Assembly (NCBI GenBank): GCA_973895155.1
Contig: OZ316896.1
Location: 8,887,539 to 8,951,538, forward strand
Length of the DNA: 64,000 nucleotides
Reading direction: 5' to 3'
From: Marsupella aquatica
Lineage: Eukaryota > Plantae > Marchantiophyta
The position numbers and the translations under genes were made by a program. Below are positions 48,601 to 60,129 of this stretch, piece by piece. The stretch's first letter is position 1. Each line of letters starts with the position of its first letter. The notes beneath the pieces are model-generated. The model searched no databases and was not told the origin of the DNA. It saw only the letters and a program-made list of their open reading frames with translations.

Positions 48601-49279
48601 CCGACGTCGTTGACTCAAATGCCGAGTTCTTCTATGGTCCGAAACAGCCATCCGGTGGGGACTACTTAGTATGGGGAGACTAGTGAATAATGAAGCGTTG
48701 CACTAGCAAAGACAATGCACTAAGTTAATAACAAACACTAAGGACTTAGACTAGCAATGGGAGTTGATCGGGTCATGGAAAGGGCCGAGCTCAAGATGGA
48801 CCGTCTCAACTCCCGGACGGACATTGAATCTGAGGGCTTGAGTGAGACTCCTATTGGGCTCTAGCTTTGGCTTAAGACAAGGCCATGCGGGTCCAATAGT
48901 TTCTATTCGTTGACCTATTTACCAACGTCTGCTGAGTTCTTAGATCATGTTAGGTTATTGACTGAGGTGTTTGCTTGCTTGTGTGGCCTGTGAGGACCAT
49001 TCAACGACTATTGTGTTAGGGAGTGAGTGTGGCTTCGTATGGGAGTTGCCACTGGTGGTGATAGAGGCACCAAGTTGCTTGCTCAAGGAATTTTGTGTAA
49101 GTGTTCGAACACCAATGGTACTTAGGCAAGAGTATTGGGATTGGTGAGCGCGTTGGGTGGCTAGGTACACCACTATGATGAAGTTCTCTACTGAATTAAT
49201 AAAGACCTAGTCATGTGTATTATCTTCAATCCCTTTTAATTATTTTTACTTTGTTTTTCTTTCACTTTTCTATATTCAT

Positions 49280-49705
49280 TTGTATCTTCCTTGGCACAAC
49301 ATGCTTTGCTCAATAACATCACCATCTACACAACAACATTGTTTACATAACTATTTCTTTCACCTTAACAACATGTTCTACTTGGTGGCATCTTTTACTA
49401 ACTACATCCCTTTACTTGTTGACATATGTGACGCAACAACATCTCCTGCAACATCTTTGCTTAATGGCATCTTTGGCGTCACAACATGATCTATCTACTT
49501 AATGACATCTTTTACTTAACAACATCTTTGGCGCTTTGACATTTTTTATTTGATAACATCTTTGACATAACAACATCTTTGGTGCCCTGACATCTTGTTA
49601 CTTGACAACATCTATAATGATATCTTTGGCATCACTATATCTTTTTACTTGACGACATCTTTTATGGCAGAACATCTACTCTGCAATGCACTGGCATTGA
49701 GCTAG
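49280..49705 (+). mobile_element. Degenerate Helitron 3' portion, related to the 7630-9413 element
   Basis: 'gacatcttt/aacatcttt' repeat array ending 'ctgcaatgcactggcattgagCTAG|T'. The terminus region is locally duplicated at ~49750-49820. 5' end not defined. Confidence 0.55.
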
Positions 49706-49839
49706 TGTGATTATAATACTCTGACAATATGGTTTGATAATGAGGATTTGACATTGCAATGGCCTTGAGCTAGTGTGATTATAATACTCTGAACAATATG
49801 GTTTGATAATTAGGATTGGACATTATGGTGTACAATATG

Positions 49840-49892
49840 GGGTTTGGGCCATTTTCAGGGCGCAGCCCAACCTGGGCCCCATGACGTCACAA
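49840..49892. promoter_or_regulatory. Candidate promoter elements (site II TGGGCC/GCCCA motifs, TGACGTCA) upstream of the 50692 gene
   Basis: gtttgggcc...gcagcccaacctgggccccatgacgtca; motif match only. Confidence 0.35.
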
Positions 49893-50691
49893 CGCACTTA
49901 AATTACAAGTGATAGTTACCATTTGTGACGATAGAGACAATACTCTGCCCAATAAGAATAATTTTTGGTATGGCTTGAATAGAGGGGTTGATTTCCATTG
50001 AGAGAAATGAGAGAGAAAGGTCCCATTTGAGGACCGTAAGATTTCGAATTCTTTCAGGAGACCGGACTCGTGACACCTTTACGGCCCTTCCCTCGCTATC
50101 TCTTTTTAGCCTTTGGTGTTTCCTTCGATGGCTATGGTTCTGTCAAGTTCTGTCCTGTCATGTCCAGGAACGATGTGCTGCAGTGAAGGTCACGGACTCT
50201 GCCAAAAGAAGGTGAACTCTCTGCCTATCAGCATTTGCTGCAGCATTCATCCGATCCTTACAGGCAGTCGTCAACGATGCCATCTCGATTTCAATGACAC
50301 AAGGCAAAACAGGGCATCAAGGATTGCAGGAACAGGTTAAAATCCGCACTGTGGGCTAGAATTGCTCCTCCATTCATGTAATAGCTTTTGAATCATGGAA
50401 TTGACTGGATTTTGCGAGATTTGATTCGAGCCTGAGGCAGATATCAGCTTTCTGAATCAGAGTTTCTGCAGTAGCAATTTTTGGCGGCTACTTCCAAAAT
50501 GAGTACTGCAGCAGCAACAGGCATGATGTTTCCTGCAGTGGGTTCTCCTTCAAATTACCGTCAGTTGGTCTCCATCAAAACCCTACACTCTGGACCAACC
50601 AGGTGATGGCTCTTCGTCTTCTTCTTCTCCTTCATCGTTGTCGTTGCGAGTTGTTTCTCACATCTTGCAGAAAAGCAGCTAACAATCTCAA

Positions 50692-52444
50692 ATGGCCTCT
50701 CTCCGGTATGCCAGGAACAGCAGCTTCTTCGAAGTTGGTTGTATGATATCATCCCGAGAAGCTGATGTCAGTACAAGCGGCCGAACATCGGCAAACGTTG
50801 TCATGCGCACCATCAGAACTGGCAGTCGGCTGCAGAGCAAGAGCAACGCAGGCCCTGAGGTTTTGCCATCCCTCAATCGCAACGAAGCAGAAAAGTCTGC
50901 CGCCTTTGTTGCACGTGAGCAGAGTTTGGAAGCTCCATCTCCATATCCGGAAGGGAATGGGGATAAAGATGTGGATTTGGACGTCACTGCAGTAGCAGCA
51001 GGGGCTCAGGAGAATAACGAGAATGATAACTCGCTCAGAGAAATGGAGGAGAGATTAGACGCTTTGGCTGCCCAGAAGTATAAAACTAACGAGGAGGAGG
51101 AGGTGGTGGTGAGTTTAGGGGAGGACCCATCAATCCCTAGTATGGACGATATTATTGCTGCTGCTGCCCAGGAGGGCGTAAAGCTCCAGGTGATGACCTT
51201 CGGACCAACATTTCAAATCATCGTCACCGACCTGAATGAAACCCACATCTACGGCAAGGCTGATGGCTGGATTAAATGGTGGTGGCCCAAGGGGAAGATA
51301 CTGCATTTAGAATCTGTGAAACTAGAGCGTGGGTTGTCTAAGCAAGTCAGAAATGTCGGGGGAGCTGGATTTTTCGTCGGGGCTGCGACTCTGCGCTATG
51401 GACTCGACAAGGGTTGCCGCACTGCTGAGCTGCTCGCCATTTACGATGATGACGTCATACATAGCAAGGTAATCTTTTACTGAGTGCCCCTCCATCTGTT
51501 GCCCTTCGGGTTCTCGTCATTCTGCTTCTTGTTTGGCCACTCGAGACTATGTGAAAAATGTCTGATGGTTTTCGTAATTTGAATATCGCTTTTGATTGTG
51601 AAGCCTTACAGAACTGGCCGGCTATGAATTTTCCATGTGTGAGTGACTGAAGCTGAATCAAATATTTTAACACGGTTGTTCATGATCTGCAAAACAAAAC
51701 CAAACCAAACAAAACCACAACAAACAAATCAATGTTGACGAGTATGCGCACTTTGTCTATTTAAAACGAGTCAATGCTTCAGATAAGGTCAAACATTTTG
51801 GAAAGCCTAGGAGTGCCAGCCAGCTGCTGAAAACGAGTGCATTCAAGTTGTCACGGATCAATTTTGAATGGGCGTAATATTATCTTTGCTTCATTGAAAT
51901 GCAGTTGATTTGTGCTTCGATGTCGATGAGGAAGTATAGTAAGCTATGAACTTTCTCTTCGTTATAAATGAGGGGTTGTAGCTATAAATCTTATGTCTCT
52001 TTCCCTCGCTACCGCGTAGCTGTACTATTTCAGCTCATCCATCCTTCCTGAAATGTGCAGCATCCCGTAGAAATGTCTTAAGAACACTTACTAAGAGCAC
52101 ATAGACAGCCAGAGAAATCTGGAATACGACCAATTGTAGAACCGCAGGGCTAAAATCGTTCATGAAGTTGTCCTTCGACACATTGACAGATGGTGGAATG
52201 ATATAGTTCCTTTCTTGTTCTGTGGATGGTGCAGCTTGTAAATTACTACAGTCGATTTGGATTCAAGGCACTGTATGAGGTGGATGAAGGGGAATTGAAA
52301 TATATTCCGGACAGAGTAGTTTGGGGTGGAGTGGGGACTCGCATGGACGCAAATTGTGAGGAATTGCTTCGGAGGTGGTGTGCTGTCCTTAAACCCAAAA
52401 CAAGGTCAGGATCAAGAATGAAAGGAGTTTCCTCAAGAACCTAA
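50692..52444 (+). CDS. Conserved uncharacterised green-lineage protein (GNAT-like C-terminal fold suspected, probable transit peptide), 2 coding exons
   Basis: Exons 50692-51468 and 52235-52444. C-terminal GKILHLESVKL..GAATLRYGLDKGCRTAELLAIYDDD..HSKLVNYYSRFGFK..LKYIPDRVVWGGVGTRMDANCEELLRRW; S/R-rich N-terminus. Confidence 0.8.
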
Positions 52445-55400
52445 GTCTCTATGCCCCCATATCCATTCCAGGATGGATTGCTCATTTCAAAGGAAATAAT
52501 CTGTTTCCTCTCGGACAGCCAAGCGGAGCATGATCTTGTGGGTGCATAATTGATCTCATCAATGACTGCTCAGTTTGGTGTTTATAATATAGTTTCTATC
52601 ATCTGTGGAGTCTGGAAGGTCTGACTGGATATCTATCATTACCCCTTGCATAGTAGAGTGCTTTTCTGTATGAGATTGTCTTTTGCCAAAAATTGTAGGA
52701 AGTATTCAGCCTACGATCGCTCAATTCTACGTCCTTAATCGCCAAAGAAATTATATGAAAGCATACTAAAGTTGGCTCTAAGTGAAGGTCATTCAACGAA
52801 ATTTCCAGTTCTCTTCATGACAGTCTCAATCAACAACGAATCTTTCGGAGACTGTTTTCTGACCAGTAGAGGTGAACCCATAAAAGGTGTTTACGAAACG
52901 AAACGAGAATACCTTTGAATTCGTCCTCGGGCCCCCGCAGAAGTTGCGTTTTGTACTAGTAGGAGGTCACATCGGAAGTATGGGCTGACAAGAAAGCCAG
53001 CATTTGTAGGTAGACTAGATCCACCGTTAAATTTCCTGCAGTCGTAAGTTCTTCTGTAGATTATGAACATAAACTTTGAGCTAAGTGACAACAGAGCCTT
53101 GAATGATAGGAAAGCTGTGCCTTTGAACGAAGAGAAGGATTTAGCAGAACAGATATTGGTATTAATGTGTCTAAAATTTGGACTAAAATGCTGAGAAGGA
53201 ACAGCAATCATCAGCAATGATTGTGCTCAACTAGCAAAATCCCGAGCTGCGTTCCCCCTTCATGACTCTTTCCCGAACATTGCTCTCCACTTCTTGATTG
53301 TTGAAATGTATCGTGTGTTTCATGTATCTGCCGAAGGACCTGGACTACAGGTGTCTTCGATCAAAACGGAAAAAGGGTAAGGAGAGTCGAGCAAAGGACT
53401 CTCTGACTGAAATGGGACAAACCAAAATTCCAAGAACTAGAGTCGACTGTCTATTCTGGCATAGAGGTCGCCTTCTTCATTCGATGGAATGCGGGTATGT
53501 TACAACCCATGGCAATGACGCCAGTCGTACATAGAAGAAACTTAGAAAATGAAGGAAAGAGTGAGAATGGGACGATCCATTATGATAGAGGTATATGAAT
53601 TTCTGTTTGGTAGTGTAATCTTATCCTTGGTGGGACGGCGGGAGGGAGGCAGAGGAGCAATTTCTGGTGACTAGGAAGAGGCGTGAGAGGAAGCGTGGGT
53701 AGACATTCTTACCTCGACGGCGTTGTAATAAATGGTCAACATGCTCAAGGCTACAGGAGAATGGATCTTTGGTTATTACTGGCGGCACCTACCAGTATTC
53801 ACCGAACATTGATATCTCCATTGATATCCCCATTTATGGCACTGAGTCAGTGACAAGCAATAGAGCCTCAAAATGAAAATTCGACTGTACATCCGAAGCG
53901 ACGAATGCATGGAGAATTTCTTAGAGGACGGAGTTGACTACAATCATAAAGTGGGCGACACCAACCTGTAACCTGAAAGCTTTAGTTAAAGCTCTTGACA
54001 AACGTTTCTTGACGGTGTGAATTGATTGTTGTGAACGGACGCTGTGCTGTATCACTACTAGATAGACAGTTGACCGAAAATCTAGCTCAAAGTACAGCAG
54101 ACGCTGATCATGGCGTGGCGTCAACGGATACGTAGCAAAAGTGGACAGCACTTGCCTTTCAGTTTTCTGCCTTTGAGCAAAGTCTATGAATTGAATTTTA
54201 GGGGTGTAACAGTATTTTATGAATTCTCTAAATTAAAAAAAAAAAGGACTCACCCAGTATGCGATCCGCTTAGGATACCTCATATGCCCAACGAGAGCTC
54301 GTTGATGATTATTTTGCTTGTTGGGAACCTCAGCTTGAGTACTTCCACAGTCAACAACCCCCACTCCGTACGTTGCGCAGCGTAAATGTTTTCGATATGT
54401 GTTCGACCCTTCCCGCGTAGAAAGGCAAGTGATGCATTGAAGACTGACTTTGACTGCCAGTCCAAATGTCCCGCCAGCAGAAGTAGGTGCGGTGATGGAA
54501 TCCAACATGCTTCATATTCATATTCATGTATTGAATTGAAAGTCCACAAATGTACTGGTAAAAATTTCGGAGAAATTAAAGTGACCATGATGAAATATTA
54601 TGGATATCGTATAGATTCCATCCTTTTAATTTTCCTTCTCTCGAGCAAACTCAAGTGTTTTGCTTGGTAGTTCTAATCACCTGACAGAAAGCCTTTCGCG
54701 GATGGAAATGTGACCACGTCACTGAAAGTCCTACTGGAGACGAAAAAATAGAGAACTCGTAGTTCAACCAGACTTTATTGCTCGGACAAATCTTGATTGT
54801 TAGATTTGTGAATAGAGTTTTAGGAATCCTACCATGATTGCAATTAGCAAACAGTGAGCGATTCCTAACTTTGGCGCAAGCATCTGTCAAAGCATTCATC
54901 ACATTCATGCTCAATCTCTTCAGATCCGGAGTCTGTAGTTTCCGTAGCGCAGCTCGGGCTTCCCTTTCCCTACTCTATAGAACTTCAAACTCAACCTCGT
55001 CCTCGAGAACGTATAAATACCGTACCTGCCCACCTTTCATTGCTGTTGAGAGTATCAATCCAGCATTGCCTACTGTTGTATATTGATCCTCACACACGGT
55101 CGCATTCAAACCGGAATTCAGTTGAGCTCGGAGGTCATTACGAGTAGTAGAGGCGCTTTTGCACAGGTGCTCCCAAATGTAGCGACGCAGCTGCAAAGTG
55201 GATGGAATTCAGCTGAGCTCTTCAATTCACGCAACTCACTTCAGTAGGAGGTTCCCGTACATGCACTGGCACGACGGCACAGCGACTGATAATGGTTTGA
55301 TTTGTTCTCATGTCATCGCGTAGGGTCATCATCAGTCAACTGAAGCGGTAGCTGCTGCCTCCCCATCGATCTCTCTAGCTAGTGATCTGATCGAGCAGGT

Positions 55401-55552
55401 AGCTACGGTCGATCGACAACTCACTACTGGGTCGAAGGACGTTGATTGCGTGGATTTGTATGTTCGTGGATATTGAAGGTGCATGAGGGCAGATATTGGG
55501 GGAGCGGGGAAACTGCTTAAATACTGGGACGATCGATCGGTTTCTGGCCACA

Positions 55553-58500
55553 ATGTCAATGAGCATCACATCTCACGTTTCTTCCAACAATTTCTTCATC
55601 GCTGCTGCAGCTGTTCCTGAGCTGCGTCCGGAGAAAGATTGTGACGCTCTAAAGAGCCTTCCTCTGAGTGACACTTTTCTGAATGTGGACCGAAATGGTT
55701 CTCTTGTCACAGCTGAGTTTGAAAATGGAGAACGCTTTGGTGGGGCAGGCTCGGAGACTAGCGATGTAAGTGGGCAGAGAAATTCTTTCCGAGAGGAGAG
55801 AACGCGCCACAAGAGAGAAAGCGATGTCTGGATTGTGGTGGATGGGAATGTGTATGACGTCACCAAGTTTCTGGGGTTTCATCCTGGAGGTCCAGAGGTA
55901 GGCACTTCGATTAACTACTGATGGCAATTCTGGGGAAAATCTATTGCAGAGTTCATGTGCATCACAGAGTTCTGGAATTACTGACCAAGTTGCTGACCTT
56001 ATTTTGTTCAATTCATCATGGAAAAGACTTCTTGATATTTTCCTGCAGCTGACACTCGCGCGTATATTAAACAATTGTGGTGGGCGGCACTTGCAGCTCA
56101 TTTTGGATTATTTGGCATCAAAAGATGATGCGAAAGACTCGAGGAAAGACGCAGGCCTTCTGATGAGGGGGAAGGTGAACGAGGATGGGCACAGCCACAG
56201 TAAAGCTGCATTTCAAATGCTTCAACAATTTCTGGTGGGATCAGTGGAAGATCAGCCAGATGGGTAGGTGAACAACACACATAGAATACTCTTCGGGGGC
56301 TTAAAATTTGTCAGTGATGTCGACATTTATGCTGCAGGAGAATTGCAGCAGGTAGAGTTGGCAGTCACAGCAATACTTCCGTTTCTGTGGGTCTCCTCGA
56401 TTCCGCATCATTCCGTAACTGCCCTCTATATACGATACAATAGATACCTGTGGACAACTTTACTGCAAGTTAAATTAGATGGCATCAGGCTTTGAATTTT
56501 GTCATCAGTGACATTCGTCGTTTGTTTGGACATGTTACGATTAACAGAAGTCAGCCTCAATGGTATGGTTGTCAGGGTACGTAATTCACATATCATTGAT
56601 GTGTGATTGCAGTTCTGCTCCAGTCACATCTGAATCCAATGTCAACACGAAGAAGTATGGTTACGACGTCGATCTGACAAAGCCAATTGTCAGTCAGGTC
56701 AGCTAATTTGTTTGTTTACGACTTGCTGTTTAACATTTGGCATTAATTTACGATCGACAGATTGAGCCAAAAACCTCTAGAATGTGCAGTATTTGTCACA
56801 AATAGAATATGAACACATTTTGAAAGAGACTGGTTTAATTTTCACTGTCTTGCTCTTTGCTCAAATTAATAATTCTTGTTTTAAGATTAGTACCTAATAG
56901 TTTCACGCGACATTGATCTTGAACCTTGAGTATCATGGGTCATGATTGTATGGTAGACGCGCGGAGAGCTTTGGCATTCCCGAGTGTAGCTCGATACAGG
57001 ATTTTTCAAACTTCGTGTACAAGGTCTGAGCGATAAATAATGTCAGCCGCTTAAGAATAGTTCTAACGAGTGACCCTAGCTACCCGCCTAGCTAGTCCAT
57101 CATAAGGATATGGTCATCTGACTTCTAAACTTTTGACCGGTAGGTTGGATATCTGGGAGCTGACTACGACGAGTGGGTCCATGATCCTGTCCTAAGCCAC
57201 GACACTCCAAGGTTCTTCGAGAGTAACTTTTGTGAGGTAAGGATTAAGATCACATGCCGTATCTAGTTTCGCTTTATCTCCTAAATTCAAAAATGAGCTC
57301 ACAGACTCTTGGAAATTGGATTCTGTCAGATTCGAGAAAAGCTACAATGTGCAAAAGATAGTTGAGTTGGTCGGGACCGGAGCTCTATATCCTAATTTGT
57401 CAGTTGTTTTTCATGAAAGAGATAATAAGGAAGCGCATAATGTGAGACAACAAAATTTCAAGGAAGAGAAATCCCATGGCCTAAACTGAATCTATTCATA
57501 ACACCTGCACCCGCTACTCCAAATCAATTACGCGACTTTGATTAAGAAGTCCGGCCTGGGCGGTGGCATCTGTGGTAGCTCGTCTTGACAGTTGTTGGAT
57601 AACTATAGTGAACCTCAGTACAGACTGTTTTCATCGTAATCTGGACGCAAAAATTATGGCACCCTGGTCAGTACGTGCATTCAGATGTTTCGATTACGTT
57701 GCGGCTGTCGATACCCGCCTAATTTCCCAGATGACCTTTCCTTCTACGTTATGCACTCACATCCAGGCATAGCTTTCGTTTGCAAACGAAAGCCGACGCA
57801 CTGAATGCAACGATCATCATTTTGATTACGTATGTTTCACGACTCTTTGTCAGCCCATGGATCACTAGAGGGTGCTTGGTCTAGGGGTTACGCACTTCAA
57901 TGCGAATGATGCAGCAATCATCGTTCGTAAGTTACCCGAAACGAGCAGGCTGACCCATCTTGTTCGAAATCACCGTTCGAACTGATCGATCTGCTGTACA
58001 AGCGGTGAGATCGCTTGAATCGTTCGGGTGCAACCATAGGAGATTAGTTTAGAGTTCCCGTACTTGACAACATGTTGCGTGATATTATGACCTGTCCTCA
58101 ATCTACTGCCCGGTCTACCGAAACATCGAGGTTGGTATCTTGTCAATCAGCCGTGATTGAGGTTGGTCCGCAGCACAGACGTATTCGTCCTGATCTCATC
58201 GAGTGGATCTCATTTTTGTCGACATGTTACAATGGGATTACTATGGCAACTTGGCATGAACGACCGCGAGTGACGAATTCAAGTTGGGTCCAAGATTGGC
58301 TCGTCTCCGTCCTCTTATTTGCGTGCCAAATGTAAATTACAGGGGAGCCATTCAAGTGTTTTTGCTTGAATTGCACGCAAAGAAATGTCGTTCAATTATG
58401 GCCAAACCGAGAACGAGAGCTGAATTGTTGGCGAACTCAACTTCCCCGTATTTCACCAGAGCTCAGAAAATGCACATCTGTATCGATCACTTGTTGCGAC

Positions 58501-60129
58501 AATTTCTTTGGTGCCGAGACATTCTTTGCATCGATCTTGAGTCCAAGGCCGGACTTCAGCGTGAATCACTTGTTTTGTGTAATAACGACACATGATGACG
58601 ACTGTGGCTTGCCTGACAATATCACATAGTTACGGTATTCTCTGGTCAGCATACATTAGGATTACGAGTGATTATTGATGCTGGTCAACCCGATTCAGAT
58701 GCGTCTGATTGATCTATAGTAAATTTTACTCCGCGTTTCTGAGGAGACATTTAATTTCGTGATAACTTTGTTTTAATGATTCTGGTATTAATATGTTCTT
58801 CGGTATGTCTCCAGTTCTTCACAACGGCAGAGTGGTGGATTATTCCTCTAGTGTGGGTTCCTGTTGCAATGGCGATGATCTACACCGCCATCGTGAAGGA
58901 GAATGTTCCTCTCTCAAGGCTGCCAGCCCTGACTGCTGGTGGAATTCTGCTCTGGTCTTCTCTTGAATACCTGCTGCACCGCTTTCTGTTCCACATGAAG
59001 ACTACAAGCTTCTGGTACGTGAGACACAGTGCCATCTCAAGCTTGCGTGTACGGTTCCATCCCGTTCCGTTGCACTTACTTGGTCAGAATTTGTCGGATC
59101 CTCGGTCGGACCTGGATTCCTTAGATAGGTTGCTTGTATAGTCGTTGATATTTGACGAGTCCTACTTCCCGTCATCTTTAATTTAATAAACTTTTTAGTC
59201 TTGTGTGTTTTTTCCAGGGGAAACACCGTTCACTACGTTCTGCACGGGTTCCATCACAAACACCCCATGGACGGTTCTCGCCTCGTCTTTCCACCCTTGT
59301 TCGCCGCTCCTCTCATAGTGCTCGTAAGCTCTCCAAGGAAACGTCAACTCGTCCATCTGCCGATCGATCATGACACATGCATCGCATATTCATCCAAAAC
59401 TTGAATTCAGTGGGTATCATGTCGAGCAACGTCTAGAAGAATTGCCACGGGCTTCTGATTATATCGGTGATTTCATCCATCGAATTCAACAGCAGAAAGA
59501 TGAGCTGCGAAGCTGTTAAAACCATTGCAAGCGAAGCTCGCCATACCTTGATAAGTAATATAACTTTTGGGGGATTTACTCTGTTTGTCTAATGTCATGT
59601 GGTAAAATGGCTGTGACAGATCTGGATTGGCTTAGGGAGGTGGGCAGCTGAATATCCTAACAAGTTGGTTATTTTTGCATTCACTGTTATCAGCTATGTG
59701 GTTTATGATTTAACTCATTACTTCCTTCACTTCGGCACTGCTTTCAATGCTCATACTCGCCAAATGAAGGTACAGGACACTATCTGGCATACCTGCATGT
59801 GTCACTCGATCTTAGGCAATTCTTAAGTATGGTGTTCTCATTGTGTGCTGAAAAAAGCTGCTGCAGTCACTGTCCAATTGAATGTTGAATGGACCTCTGA
59901 GCATTAAACTTTTTCACTTACGTTTGAGCACGAAATGGATGGTCTTCGACGTATCTATCGTAACTCAAACGAGGAAGAGTAATTCACTGTGGCAAATTTT
60001 TTGCAATTGTATCAGAGGTACCATTTGGACCACCACTTCAAGGATCAGACGATGGGGTTCGGGATAACAAGCACCGTCTGGGACAAACTATTCCGAACTC
60101 AGCCTGCCAGCAAGCCTTCCATGGACTAG
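55553..60129 (+). CDS. FAH: Sphingolipid fatty acid 2-hydroxylase (FAH/SCS7/FA2H family) with N-terminal cytochrome b5 domain, 8 exons
   Basis: Exons about 55553-55897, 56097-56262, 56613-56697, 57144-57236, 58814-59014, 59218-59323, 59620-59769, 60016-60129. b5 motifs [21 protein letters not shown] and GHSHSKAA. Hydroxylase motifs [77 protein letters not shown]. Confidence 0.93.
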
